63,661 nucleotides of DNA, filler included, from Bacteroidales bacterium (GCA_035389045.1; 3 parts of 3 records of this genome joined end to end with filler, not necessarily neighbours in it); one strand, 5' to 3'. Numbered from the whole stretch's first letter, positions 1 through 10,267 are shown. Notes: generated from the letters alone by a model not told the origin. Program-made: numbers and translations.

Positions 1-739
1 CCACATAGTACAAAGCAGCGGTGTCTGCCGTCCATGAAAGAGTTGCACCTGTAGTGGTGATATTGCTGGTTGTCAAACCTGTCGGGGGATAGCATGGCGT
101 AACACAAGCCAGTGTTGAGAATGTGATACTCGGCGAGTAAGCGCTTAAAGTATTCGAGCTGCAGTGAGAAGCAACCTGCCATTCATATTGCGTACCGCAG
201 GTCAGATTGGATAAAGAAATTGAAGTGTTTTGTGTTGTAACACTGATCCAGGCTGAAACCGGATTGGTCACTGGCCGGTATTGAACCACATATACATATG
301 CACCGGTGGCAGCCGTCCAGGAAAGGGTAGCGCCGGTGGTGGTGATATTGGTGGTTGTTAAACCCGTTGGAGGGTTACAGGGAACCACACAAGCCAGCGT
401 TGAGAATGTGATACTCGGCGAGTAAGCACTTAGAGTGCCATAACAATAAGATGCTACCTGCCATTCGTATTGAGTGCCGCATGCGAGGTTTGTCAGTGTA
501 ACATAAGGTGTCTGTGCAGTAACATTGGTCCATGCTGAAACCGGATTGGTTACCGGACGGTACTGCACCATATATGCGTACACTCCGGAGTTTGCCGTCC
601 ATGAAAGGGTAGCGCCTGTGGCCGTGATATTGGTGGTTGCCAGGCCTGTAGGGGGAACACAATTATTTTGCGAAACTGCAGGTAAAGCAAATGTCAATAC
701 CAGGCAAATGAACAAAAATGAAAATAGTTTTGTTTTCAT
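1..739 (-). CDS. Secreted tandem fibronectin type III repeat protein, 3' end outside window (absent from ORF track)
   Basis: Manual translation from ATG at 739: MKTKLFSFLFICLVLTFALPAVSQ signal peptide, then ~95-aa repeats CxPPTGLxTTNITxTGATLSWTA...VQYRPV...LxCGTQYEWQVAS...FSTLAC, open to window edge; DNA repeat offset 285 bp (103 vs 388). Confidence 0.9.
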   Translation of the reverse strand, partial: MKTKLFSFLFICLVLTFALPAVSQNNCVPPTGLATTNITATGATLSWTANSGVYAYMVQYRPVTNPVSAWTNVTAQTPYVTLTNLACGTQYEWQVASYCYGTLSAYSPSITFSTLACVVPCNPPTGLTTTNITTTGATLSWTAATGAYVYVVQYRPVTNPVSAWISVTTQNTSISLSNLTCGTQYEWQVASHCSSNTLSAYSPSITFSTLACVTPCYPPTGLTTSNITTTGATLSWTADTAALYYV

Positions 740-1319
740 GGCTTAAAAATTAATTTATAAATAAATGGCATATTCAATATTACTGTAACGTACTATTAAC
801 AGACAAACTTGGTAAATTTGGAATATTTTGTTAAAATTAAGAAAAAAAATTTAATTCGGAAATAAACACATTAAAGTGCAGATTTTCAATTGCTATTCGT
901 TTCCGAAGGGTGTCTGTCCGAATGGGACAGCCAGGAGGGTGCTGAAAATCAAATAGTTCCTTTCCGGGTTGATACAAACAATTTGTTTTTGCATGAAGTA
1001 GAATTTTAACTGATTCATTTATCAAATTAAGTTTCATCATGGATTTTCACTCTCAGGAGCCTCATTTTGGGAAAAAGCCAAAAAGAACTTTGGATTTTCA
1101 TAGAGTGCCATGGTGAGGTTTTTTTGAATTGACCATGTTGAAAAAACATCAAACCCAGACAGGTACTAAAGTCATCTTGTATTAAATTCATATAAATATA
1201 TGCGTTTATAATAAACTATACAGCTGCCATCTGAGTAAAAAATATAATGTAATAAAAAATTTGGTTATATTTGTATATAGAAATTACCGAGGTTGTCTCA
1301 AAAGATATTTCAGTCAGAT

Positions 1320-1440
1320 TTTTCCTTTGAGATTTCTTTACGTTTACTTCGTGTCCGCCGCGGCAAACTTTGTTGGTCAGTGCATTTATCACCCATAAAG
1401 GACATAAAGGTTTACACGAAGGAAGCACAAAATGCTTTTC
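1320..1440. repeat. Degenerate copy of the cacgaag/cacaaag hairpin repeat family
   Basis: tacttcgtgtccgccgcggc is the reverse complement of gccgcggcggacacgaagta at ~34080-34099; followed by acacgaaggaagcacaaa. Confidence 0.65.
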
Positions 1441-1558
1441 AGACATCCTCAAAAGAATTCGGGCAACAGGTAAAAAAAAGTTAACAACAAGTTATTCTTA
1501 TGGAGCACCGTTTTAATAGACAGAACAATAGCTTCTAAAAATAAAAAAAACGAAGTAT

Positions 1559-3442
1559 ATGAAAAGAACGATAATTAATATGGGTGTTTTGTTTATTTTT
1601 CTATTTATATCAGCAATAAATATTCAAAATTTATATGCGCAGGAAAATTGTGCAAACGGAACGGATGACGATGGTGATGGATTAGTTGATTGTTTGGACC
1701 CGGATTGCACAGGCAGCCCTCCATCTTCCTTTTATTTCAATACCGGTAACAATGGCTGGGGCGGTGTTCTTGCCGGAGGCGCCCAGGATCTTTCCTGGAC
1801 CTATTCCAGTTCATATGCAGGGCCTTACACTCCTGCAATTGTTATGAGTGTACTTCCGGGTAACTATTATTCAAGTCCCTGGCCCAATTCCGCCTGGATA
1901 TCCTATTCAACAAACGGTTATCATACGGGCAGCCCGCAGGATTTTTATTTCAGGATCACTTTTTTACTGCCTTGTGTTGATCTCTGTGGATCTAGTTATT
2001 CAACTACCGGTGTTTTTTGCCTTAATCTGGACTATTTTTCAGATAATTCTATTGGAGAAATCTGGGTTAATGGTGTTCCGCAAAGTTCCATAATCGGAAC
2101 GATTCCTGTTGCAAATCCTTATTATAATTATGGTTTTATGGCATCCGGAATGCTCACCGCTTCGCTTTGTCAAAACTGGCATCCCGGGCTGAACGAGATC
2201 ATCGTCAAGGTTTGTTCCGGCCCTCCTTACGTGGGACTGTTGGTGCAAAGCAGCATCAATTTTCCCCCATCACCTACCGCCGATATCAGTGGTGACACAT
2301 CGGTCTGCCAGGGCGCCCCGCCTCCCGTTATCACCTTTACCGGTAACGGAACCCCTCCGTTTACATTTAATTATAATATCAATGGCGGGGCAACCCAGAC
2401 TGTGAACGCCACAACCGGAAATACAGCGACTGTTACGGTGCCGACCAACACCCCCGGCGTATATACCTACACGCTGACCAGTGTGCAGGATTCCAACTCG
2501 GCCTGTGCTGTTTCAGTAAATGATGCCGCAACGATCACTGTTATTCAAAATCCTTATGTTTTTATCACACCGGATTCTGCGAATATTTGCCCGCCCGATA
2601 CCATTTCCCTGACTGCACATGCAAGCACTTCAGCGCAACATTATCATTGGTCAACCCTGGATACTACGCAAACTGCTGTTGTCAGTCCTATTACCTCAAC
2701 CAACTATACGGTAACCCTAACTGATGTTAACGGATGCAGTGGTTCTGCCAGCGCCGTTGTTTTGATTAGCCCAGATGCAACACCGGTATTTACTGCCTTG
2801 GGCCCGTATTGTGCTGGCGACACACCGGGCTTACTGCCCGATATTTCGGTCAACGGAATTACAGGAACATGGAATCCCGCTTCCATCGGCACAGGTTCTG
2901 CAGGGACCGCTGCCTATTCCTTTACACCGTCATCAGGACAATGTGCGGTGGGTGCAACGATGCAGGTAACCGTTAATGCCCTTGTTACGCCTGCATTTAC
3001 TATACCGGGGCCTTACTGTGCCGGAGATATTCCTGTAACACTGTCGGCCACATCGGTTAACGGCATCACAGGAACATGGAATCCGCCGCTCATCAGCACG
3101 GCTTCCGCAGGAACCTTTATATATATCTTTACACCTGATACCGGACAGTGTGCCTCCTCCATAATATATGATACGGTGACAGTAAATGGTTGCGAAGTTA
3201 CCATTCCAAATATTTTCACACCGAATAACGATGGTGCCAATGATGAATTTGTCATCGAGGGAATAGAAGATTTTCCCGGATCAAAGCTTGAGATATTCAA
3301 CCGTTGGGGGCGAAAGATCTATGAAAGTACAGGTTATAAAAACGACTGGGACGGAAAAAATTATGCAGATGGGGTTTACTATTATGTATTAACCCTTGAT
3401 AATGGTAAAGAGTTCCAGGGAACAATTACGCTGATGCGTTGA
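1559..3442 (+). CDS. T9SS-secreted surface protein with type B (gliding-motility/CHU-like) C-terminal domain
   Basis: Signal peptide; ENCANGTDDDGDGLVDCLDPDC acidic Cys motif; two GITGTWNP...FTPxxGQCA repeats; C-terminal IPNIFTPNNDGANDEF...LEIFNRWG...DGVYYYVL. Confidence 0.88.
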   Translation: MKRTIINMGVLFIFLFISAINIQNLYAQENCANGTDDDGDGLVDCLDPDCTGSPPSSFYFNTGNNGWGGVLAGGAQDLSWTYSSSYAGPYTPAIVMSVLPGNYYSSPWPNSAWISYSTNGYHTGSPQDFYFRITFLLPCVDLCGSSYSTTGVFCLNLDYFSDNSIGEIWVNGVPQSSIIGTIPVANPYYNYGFMASGMLTASLCQNWHPGLNEIIVKVCSGPPYVGLLVQSSINFPPSPTADISGDTSVCQGAPPPVITFTGNGTPPFTFNYNINGGATQTVNATTGNTATVTVPTNTPGVYTYTLTSVQDSNSACAVSVNDAATITVIQNPYVFITPDSANICPPDTISLTAHASTSAQHYHWSTLDTTQTAVVSPITSTNYTVTLTDVNGCSGSASAVVLISPDATPVFTALGPYCAGDTPGLLPDISVNGITGTWNPASIGTGSAGTAAYSFTPSSGQCAVGATMQVTVNALVTPAFTIPGPYCAGDIPVTLSATSVNGITGTWNPPLISTASAGTFIYIFTPDTGQCASSIIYDTVTVNGCEVTIPNIFTPNNDGANDEFVIEGIEDFPGSKLEIFNRWGRKIYESTGYKNDWDGKNYADGVYYYVLTLDNGKEFQGTITLMR

Positions 3443-3546
3443 TTTAATGATAAGTATGTGGCTTTTTAATATTCATGGAAAATCTAATTTTTTTAGTTTT
3501 GGGAATGTTGCAAATAGTAAGCATAGTTAATTAAATATTTATAAGC

Positions 3547-4398
3547 ATGTGCAGTGGGAAGGTTTTCACTCAAAGAAAAAAACATAAAAAAACACTATAT
3601 ATAATCATTTTTGTAGTAGTAACTTTATTTGTTTTATATAAAATTTGCAAAGACAATTTACCTTCAGATAACATTGAAAGCTCTGCTCAAGAGGATAGCA
3701 TTAAAAAAAACCAGGTCAATATTTATTATGATAGTGCATTATATTATAGTAAAGCAGATAGATATGATAAGGCATTAAACTGTTTTGACATTATAATTTG
3801 GTTAAATCCGACAGATGATGCATTCTTTCGTAGGGCAAATATAAAGTCGAATATGCAAAATTATAGTGGAGCAATTGAAGATTATTCTCGAGCGATTGAA
3901 TTAGTAAATAAAAAATCCTTTTTAAAAGAATTTGATATGGCTAAATATTATGATTGCAGAGGTAAAGCAAAATTCATGCTTAAAAAATACCTCGAAGCTA
4001 AAGAGGATTTCGATAAAGCTATTGAATGTCTGCCAGATGAAGAACTTGGTTTTTTTGGGGTTGAATATCTGTTAGATAAAGGAAAAGCAGAGTATATGCT
4101 GGGACTTTATTCAAACGCTATAAATGTTTTTACTATGGTAATTGCATTAAAACCAGAATATGGCATTTCCTATTATTGGCGTGGGCGTGTTGAATATGAA
4201 CTAAAAAATTATTCTTATGCTATACTTGATTTTAACAAAGCTGTTGAAATAGATTCAATAAATGCAGAAACTATATATGCAAGGGCAATGGCAAAAATTA
4301 AAACTTATGATCATTCTGGTGCGTGTAAAGATTTGCAATTAGCCTTTAAATTAGGACATAGTGAGGCTGGGAATGTCTTAAATCAATATTGCAAGTAA
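3547..4398 (+). CDS. Membrane-anchored TPR repeat protein
   Basis: N-terminal hydrophobic segment; repeats such as AFFRRANIKSNMQNYSGAIEDYSRAIEL and YYWRGRVEYELKNYSYAILDFNKAVEID; ends ACKDLQLAFKLG...YCK; visibly AT-rich. Confidence 0.88.
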   Translation: MCSGKVFTQRKKHKKTLYIIIFVVVTLFVLYKICKDNLPSDNIESSAQEDSIKKNQVNIYYDSALYYSKADRYDKALNCFDIIIWLNPTDDAFFRRANIKSNMQNYSGAIEDYSRAIELVNKKSFLKEFDMAKYYDCRGKAKFMLKKYLEAKEDFDKAIECLPDEELGFFGVEYLLDKGKAEYMLGLYSNAINVFTMVIALKPEYGISYYWRGRVEYELKNYSYAILDFNKAVEIDSINAETIYARAMAKIKTYDHSGACKDLQLAFKLGHSEAGNVLNQYCK

Positions 4399-4640
4399 TC
4401 CCCTCGTTTGTCTGAAGTAAATAGACCATGTTAAGCAAACTCCTCTTAAGTCCGGAATAAGTACTTTTCCTTAGGTGTCATATTTTTTTTTGAGCGCAAG
4501 TTGCGTATCTTTGCTCAGATGGGCAAGATGCAGTTTGCCGGAGGCTTACGTATAAAGAACTGTATGATTAGTGTTCGTTTGAATATAAACGTAATAATAT
4601 TGAATTTTCATAAAAAAAAAGAATTACTCACATTTTAATC

Positions 4641-4788
4641 AAGCCCGGTTTCAAATACAGCCTCATATCTTCCAGCACCTCAAAAAAAGATTTGACCGAA
4701 ATTCGGGGGTAACCCTGACAAAAAATTGCTTTTTAGCAATTTTTTGTCAATTACGCGATAGAAATTTCCTATTGCGTAATCCGGGTTT
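4641..4788. repeat. Nested inverted-repeat element between convergent genes (MITE-like or bidirectional terminator)
   Basis: Perfect 15-bp stem tgacaaaaaattgct-tttt-agcaattttttgtca (4716-4749), second stem attacgc...gcgtaat (4750-4780), outer aagcccgg/ccgggttt. Confidence 0.55.
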
Positions 4789-4838
4789 AAGAGGCTTATG
4801 ACGGCAGCGTAAAGGTCGGGATTCAAGGTACGAATGTA

Positions 4839-5285
4839 TTATTGATCTGACTCCAAATTCATTTTGGTTTTAATATCCGGCCTTTCATCCTTCATGTGCT
4901 CGTACACCCACTTTTTATTTAATACATATCCTAATAATCCATTGGGTATGGCAATTATAGCAGAGGCCACATAAGCATTGACATGGATCAATGAGAATGC
5001 CCAGATAAAAAACATGCCCACACAATACGTGATGAAATATACTAATAAAAACCTGAATATTAATTTGTTGCTCCTGTTATTAAAAACAAGTATGCCATAG
5101 GTTTTAAAATTAAACAAAATTCCCAGTGTAGTCGAAATAGCACCCGCTATGGTATAATGCAGCCCGATCCACAAAAAGAAAGCCAGAATGCCGTAGCCGA
5201 ATATTGTATTCAACCCGGCAACCAGGAAAAACCTTATGATTTTAACACTTACAATGTTTTTAATAATTCTTTTTGTTTTTTCCAT
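4839..5285 (-). CDS. gtrA: GtrA-family polyprenyl-phosphate-sugar flippase
   Basis: Small 4-TM protein with IIRFFLVAGLNTIFGY...NF...LVF...RFLLVY...GYVLNKKWVY pattern. Confidence 0.85.
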   Translation of the reverse strand: MEKTKRIIKNIVSVKIIRFFLVAGLNTIFGYGILAFFLWIGLHYTIAGAISTTLGILFNFKTYGILVFNNRSNKLIFRFLLVYFITYCVGMFFIWAFSLIHVNAYVASAIIAIPNGLLGYVLNKKWVYEHMKDERPDIKTKMNLESDQ

Positions 5286-5396
5286 CTGTCGTTATTACCA
5301 TCGCCGTGAATAAACCGGGAAACTTATTGTAATAGACTCCTGAGAATCAGCAGGAATCCGAAACAAAACGCACAGCACGATCACCGATATAGATTT

Positions 5397-6332
5397 TTAT
5401 TCAAAATTGATCCGCTCTTTTTCGATGACCAACGGACGTTTCTTTACCTGTGTATAGATTGCACCGATATATTCGCCTATGATGCCGATAAAAAAAAGCT
5501 GCACTGAGGAAAAGAAAAACAAACCGATCACCAGGGGTGCCGTCCCGAGCTTAAATTCATTCCAGTAAATAAGTTTGTAGATCAAATAACCGATGGCAAC
5601 CAACAGACTGAAGATGGCAACGGTAAAACCGATGAAACTGGCCAGCCGCAGCGGCAGCTTTGAATGATTTACAAAGCCGAGCATACCGATATCATAAAGC
5701 GTATAGAAATTATTTTTGGTTTTTCCATGCAGTCGTTTCGGCTGGACATATTCTAACGAAGAGGTCTGAAATCCCACTTCGGATATCAGCCCTCTGAAAT
5801 AAGGATAAGGATCATCAATCCGGCGTATCACTTCGATAAATGAGCGGTCGTAAAGCCCGAAGCCCGTGAAATTCTTTATTTGTTCTCCTTCTGAAAATTT
5901 TTCAAGCATATTATAATACACTTTCCGCATCAGGAACATGACCGGGTTTTCCCTGGACTTTTTCTTTACGGCAGTGACGATTTTATACCCCTTCTCCCAT
6001 TTTTCCACAAAGGCAGGGATAACCTCCGGAGGGTCCTGCAGGTCGGCAGCCATAACGATCACACAGTCGCCGGTAACCTGGAGCAAACCATAGTAAGGCG
6101 AACGGATATGTCCGAAATTACGGACATTGACAATGATCCTGACATGTTTGTCCCGGGCAGCAATCCCTTTAAGTATCTCAACGGTTTTATCCTGAGAGTT
6201 GTTGTCGATGAAAACATGCTCGTAATCGTATCCCGGTAATCCGTCGAAAACCTTTTTTACCTCGTTGCACAGGATCTCAACATTTTCTTCTTCGTTGAAA
6301 CAGGGCGTCAGTACAGAAATCTTTTTGTTCAT
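5397..6332 (-). CDS. gtrB: GtrB/DPM-synthase-like GT2 polyprenyl-phosphate glycosyltransferase
   Basis: ISVLTPCFNEEEN, IDNNSQDKT, RNFGH, MAADLQDPP, two C-terminal TM helices, IGEYIGAIYTQVKKRP. Confidence 0.9.
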   Translation of the reverse strand: MNKKISVLTPCFNEEENVEILCNEVKKVFDGLPGYDYEHVFIDNNSQDKTVEILKGIAARDKHVRIIVNVRNFGHIRSPYYGLLQVTGDCVIVMAADLQDPPEVIPAFVEKWEKGYKIVTAVKKKSRENPVMFLMRKVYYNMLEKFSEGEQIKNFTGFGLYDRSFIEVIRRIDDPYPYFRGLISEVGFQTSSLEYVQPKRLHGKTKNNFYTLYDIGMLGFVNHSKLPLRLASFIGFTVAIFSLLVAIGYLIYKLIYWNEFKLGTAPLVIGLFFFSSVQLFFIGIIGEYIGAIYTQVKKRPLVIEKERINFE

Positions 6333-6339
6333 ATGGCAA

Positions 6340-7437
6340 TCACTTGTTTTTCTTGAGTTTTATGTTCTTATCAATCAGGTCTTCTTCCGTAAATACCTCA
6401 TTACAGGGTACAGGCAACTTTTTTCCATAAATTTTTTTGACCACATACTTGTCGATAAAATGCCTGTCCTCTGCAATAACGCAGGTATCTGAAAAGTTGC
6501 CGAAATATTTGATGTTCATTCCCCTTTGAATAATATCCTTTAGCGGTTCCTCAAACAAATTCCCGATAGAGGTATGAATATAGGGGCATGGCAGCACATC
6601 GCCGTATTGGGTGATGGAGATCATTCTTTTTACGGCAATACATCCTAAATTCAATCCATAGGACGGAGTGAGGTGTGTAAAAACGTTATATTTTTTTTCG
6701 AGTTCCCTCATATAATCCATATCATCGCGTGTAACCAGCGAATCGAAATTGCCTTCCCATGCGCCCACGGGTTTGGCGTAGGTAACAAACACCCCTACAT
6801 TTTTGTTGTTCAAAAACTCCAAAAACTCAATAAACTCCTGCGACCTGACTCTTTGTTTGGTAACAACGGTCTGAACGATCAGGCTCAACCCAGCATGAAA
6901 GGCTGCGTCGATGGCTTTCAACGCCCGGCTGTGCGACCCCCTGGCATTTCTGAAATCATCATGCTCTCCGGCTGATAAACTATCCAGGCTGAGCTGTATT
7001 TTGTCAACCCCGATCTTTTTTAAATGCAAGGCTTTTTTTTCGTCGAGAAACCATCCGTTGGTATCTGAAGTGATATAAAATTTCTGAGGATCAACAGCAG
7101 CGACCAGTTCGTCAAAATCTTTAAACACCAGTGGCTCCCCTCCGGTGATCACCAGGTGTGCCAGGCCCAGTTCGTCGGCCTGCCGCGACAAATCTTTCAC
7201 ATCGTCTATGGTAAACTTCCTGCCGCCTTTTTTTCCCTGAAAACCTTTGATGGAACAATGCTGACATACAAAATTACATGTATAATTGTACTGAAACTGA
7301 AGTATGGCAATGCTTTCGCCTCTTTTCACCTTATCGTCGTACTTCATAATTTTTTCATAGACGTAAGGCTTATTGAATTTTAGCTGATTTCTTTTTTCTT
7401 TTTCGCCGGCTTTCAGCGGATCATTTGTCAGTGACAT
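6340..7437 (-). CDS. Radical SAM protein with SPASM/twitch domain
   Basis: CNFVCQHC (CxxxCxxC), ITGGEPL, TNG, C-terminal GCIAVKRMISITQYGDVLPCPY...IGNL; start taken at MSLTND. Confidence 0.88.
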   Translation of the reverse strand: MSLTNDPLKAGEKEKRNQLKFNKPYVYEKIMKYDDKVKRGESIAILQFQYNYTCNFVCQHCSIKGFQGKKGGRKFTIDDVKDLSRQADELGLAHLVITGGEPLVFKDFDELVAAVDPQKFYITSDTNGWFLDEKKALHLKKIGVDKIQLSLDSLSAGEHDDFRNARGSHSRALKAIDAAFHAGLSLIVQTVVTKQRVRSQEFIEFLEFLNNKNVGVFVTYAKPVGAWEGNFDSLVTRDDMDYMRELEKKYNVFTHLTPSYGLNLGCIAVKRMISITQYGDVLPCPYIHTSIGNLFEEPLKDIIQRGMNIKYFGNFSDTCVIAEDRHFIDKYVVKKIYGKKLPVPCNEVFTEEDLIDKNIKLKKNK

Positions 7438-7447
7438 ATATGTATGT

Positions 7448-8584
7448 TTAGTTAATTTTTTCCAGGCCATAATCCCTCAGAATGGCGATGGCTATTTCTT
7501 TGCTGTATTTGTTCATCAAAAAACCCGCAATTTCATCCGAATAGGCAGCAGCCATTATAATTACGGCGTCCACCTTGTTTGCACGAAGCATCTCCGGTGC
7601 CACAATGGGGATATGCGAAGCGGGTGTATATTTGTTTTGTTTAAAAGGAGCCGAATCCACCACATATTTGATTTTTCCTGATAATCCGGCCAGGGATATC
7701 ACGGTAAGCGCCTGGTGCCCGGCCCCCCAAATGGCAACATCCTGATGGCGGCCGATAAATTCGAACAGTTCGTCTTTAAGTTTTGATTGGAATCCGGAAA
7801 AATCCGACATATCAACGGGGCGTCGTTTTCTGACCACGGCAGAGAGGATATAATCATGCCATACAGCCTTACATTCCAGTACCTGAAACCCATTAACGGC
7901 CAATAATGAAGACAGTGTTTCTGCTGTAAAATAAAACAGGTGGTCGCTGATGAATTCTGAGAACAGGTTTTTCCTGAGTATCATGTCGAAATTGGGCACC
8001 TCTATCAGCCCGACCGCATCATCGGTCAGGTTATGAGCAATTCCCCTCAGCGCCGTGTTAATATCCGGCATATGCTCAAGGAAACTCAAAATAAAAAAAG
8101 CATTAAAGGGTGCGTCTTGTAAAATAAACTTCTCAGCATCAATATAACCCTGCTGAACCTTCAGCCCTGATTCCTTACAGAGATTGACAGAAACCGGTGA
8201 ATATTCAATCCCGTAGGCCTGCGCAATAAATTTTTTCATCAGCGACAAGTACTCACCGCGCCCGCAACCGATTTCGATAATTTTCTTATTTTCAAGAGAA
8301 TACCGGTGGGCAAACTGCTCAAACTGGTGTAAACGGAATTGTTTCATTTCCTCCGAAAATGCTGCAGCGCGTATCACTTCCCGGTAATATGGCACCGGGT
8401 CGTTGCTGAGCTGGACAATGCCGCAGCCCGAGCACTGGCAGACTTCCAGGTCGATTCCTTTGTCGTTGCCCAGCGATGCAGCATCAGGAAAATTCTGGGC
8501 TGATTTAGGCATGTTCTCATACCTGAATAAAGGTGTTTCAAAAAACTCATGATGACAAACACGGCAATGATTAATGCGTTTCAC
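7448..8584 (-). CDS. NDP-sugar C-methyltransferase-like protein (Zn-binding N-terminus, SAM domain, C-methyltransferase C-terminal domain)
   Basis: CRVC...CSGCGIVQL, IEIGCGRG, LEHMPD, IEVPN, DHLFYF, WGAGHQ, VVDSAPFKQNKYTPASHIPIV. Confidence 0.82.
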   Translation of the reverse strand: MKRINHCRVCHHEFFETPLFRYENMPKSAQNFPDAASLGNDKGIDLEVCQCSGCGIVQLSNDPVPYYREVIRAAAFSEEMKQFRLHQFEQFAHRYSLENKKIIEIGCGRGEYLSLMKKFIAQAYGIEYSPVSVNLCKESGLKVQQGYIDAEKFILQDAPFNAFFILSFLEHMPDINTALRGIAHNLTDDAVGLIEVPNFDMILRKNLFSEFISDHLFYFTAETLSSLLAVNGFQVLECKAVWHDYILSAVVRKRRPVDMSDFSGFQSKLKDELFEFIGRHQDVAIWGAGHQALTVISLAGLSGKIKYVVDSAPFKQNKYTPASHIPIVAPEMLRANKVDAVIIMAAAYSDEIAGFLMNKYSKEIAIAILRDYGLEKIN

Positions 8585-8609
8585 TTTTTTAGCAACTTTT
8601 TTAGCAGAT

Positions 8610-10259
8610 TTATGAATTTAATGTAATATTAAAATAATCGAAATGTTTTTTCCAGAAATCATTTTTAGCTACTATTTCTTTTGCTGTTTTCATAAAATGT
8701 TCCGCCCGTTCAGGATCATCTAATTTCTCATAACATTTGGAGGTCATGTAATAGGCTAATGCGTGATTATTCTTTGCTCTTATTGCATTTTCAAAACCCT
8801 TTAAAGCAGTTTTATAATTACCCAAACGAAAATCACTATTTAAAACAAAATTCAATTCTAAATTAAGCAAATACGCTTTTTCCTGTATATATTCCGATGA
8901 AAAATCTTCGGTTTCCACTACGGCAAGCTTGTAATCGGACCGGTTAAAATTTGATTTTAAGTATTTCTTTTTTACACAAATATCGTACATTTCACTTCCA
9001 ACAAGCGGGTTGGCGCAAAAAATCAAATACCAGTTCGAGTCAATGGTTTTCAGAAAACTTCGGGTGACCTCAATATCTTCTTTTGTTTCCCCCGGAAGCC
9101 CAATAAGAATATTGGTGTTTGTGTATATTCCTAAATCCCTGCAATTATTGACAACATCCCGGACAATGTTTAAATTCAAAGGCTTATGCATGATTTCTTT
9201 TAAAACTCTTTCATTGCCCGATTCAACTGATAATAAAAGCTGATCGATCCCGGCATCTTTAAGCGTTTTAAGCATTTCCCTGTCCAAAGCATACAGTGCC
9301 AGGCCATTTTGAAAAACGACATTTATTTTTAATTCTTTTACAATTTCAATAATTTGATAAACCCTTTTTTTATCAGCCATTAAATGGTCATCCTGAAAAA
9401 CAAGAACTTTTGCATTATATTTTTCTTTTAGTTTAGTAAAATCTTCTTTAATCCGGTCAATACTAAAATATCTCATCTCCCGGCCATGTACGGTATAGGA
9501 AGAGCAAAAACAACATTTAAATGTACAGCCCCTCGATGTCATAACGTGGACATTATGGCTTTTTTGGCTGACGCCGGCATAAGCTGTAATTGCAGGGTTA
9601 AGACCATAGCTGTCCATGTCGCACAGATCATAATCATAAAAAGGAATCTCATCCAAATCAGTAATATAGCTGGGTGAAAATTGACAATTATTTTCAATTT
9701 TGTTTTTAGTTATCCAGGAAGAATGATTTTCCAACAACTCTTTTTTATGGTCTGCTTTGAGTAATTCTAAAAAAGGCAATTCTCCTTCTCCAAAACAAAG
9801 GGCATCGATGTCTGTTGTTTTGTCAAAAATCTGCCTGTACAAATTCGTCGGAATTCCACCTCCTGCCACGATAAGAGACTTTGGAAATATTTTTCTGCAA
9901 CTTGCAATGACATCAAACATCACCTCATAGGAAGGTGTAAATAAAACAGATATGCCAATTACAGACGGATTGTAATCGATATTTTCTTTTTGATTTAATT
10001 TTGAATAGACATAATCATAAAAAGAATTATACTCAAAACAACTTATGGTGTTGAGGTCAATATTAAAATCAATAAGCCTTGTTTCAACTTTGCAGTGTTT
10101 TTTAATAAAGGAGCTAATAGATAAGATTCCTATTGGCATATCGCTTAAGACACTGCCAAAATCCCTGCCTTCCCTTTTGATAACTCTGACATTATGGGGC
10201 GGATTAATGAAATCTTCAAAGGTTATGTGAGGGGGATCGATAAAAAGAACTTTTTCCAT
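8610..10259 (-). CDS. Cobalamin-binding (class B) radical SAM enzyme with C-terminal TPR-like helices
   Basis: PIGILSISS, VIGISV, VAGGGIPT, GEGE, TSRGCTFKCCFC, VESGNERVL, IGLPGETKED; more AT-rich than neighbours. Confidence 0.9.
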   Translation of the reverse strand: MEKVLFIDPPHITFEDFINPPHNVRVIKREGRDFGSVLSDMPIGILSISSFIKKHCKVETRLIDFNIDLNTISCFEYNSFYDYVYSKLNQKENIDYNPSVIGISVLFTPSYEVMFDVIASCRKIFPKSLIVAGGGIPTNLYRQIFDKTTDIDALCFGEGELPFLELLKADHKKELLENHSSWITKNKIENNCQFSPSYITDLDEIPFYDYDLCDMDSYGLNPAITAYAGVSQKSHNVHVMTSRGCTFKCCFCSSYTVHGREMRYFSIDRIKEDFTKLKEKYNAKVLVFQDDHLMADKKRVYQIIEIVKELKINVVFQNGLALYALDREMLKTLKDAGIDQLLLSVESGNERVLKEIMHKPLNLNIVRDVVNNCRDLGIYTNTNILIGLPGETKEDIEVTRSFLKTIDSNWYLIFCANPLVGSEMYDICVKKKYLKSNFNRSDYKLAVVETEDFSSEYIQEKAYLLNLELNFVLNSDFRLGNYKTALKGFENAIRAKNNHALAYYMTSKCYEKLDDPERAEHFMKTAKEIVAKNDFWKKHFDYFNITLNS

Positions 10260-10267
10260 TAACAAAT

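Noticed and set aside
837..1040. 67-aa ORF upstream of the FN3 gene; also 44347-44571
   Set aside because: No recognisable motif; cannot be supported from sequence alone
1216..1484. Short ORFs here and at 34027-34308, 31259-31552, 50540-51001
   Set aside because: Translations of non-coding repeats (both 1216-1452 and 34027-34239 contain RGGHEV from the same repeat)
5286..5396. gtrB-gtrA spacer reading KSISVIVLC on the minus strand, like a GT2 N-terminus
   Set aside because: Too short to distinguish from chance
6340..7437. RiPP maturase
   Set aside because: No precursor peptide, RRE/PqqD domain or peptide transporter; embedded in a sugar operon
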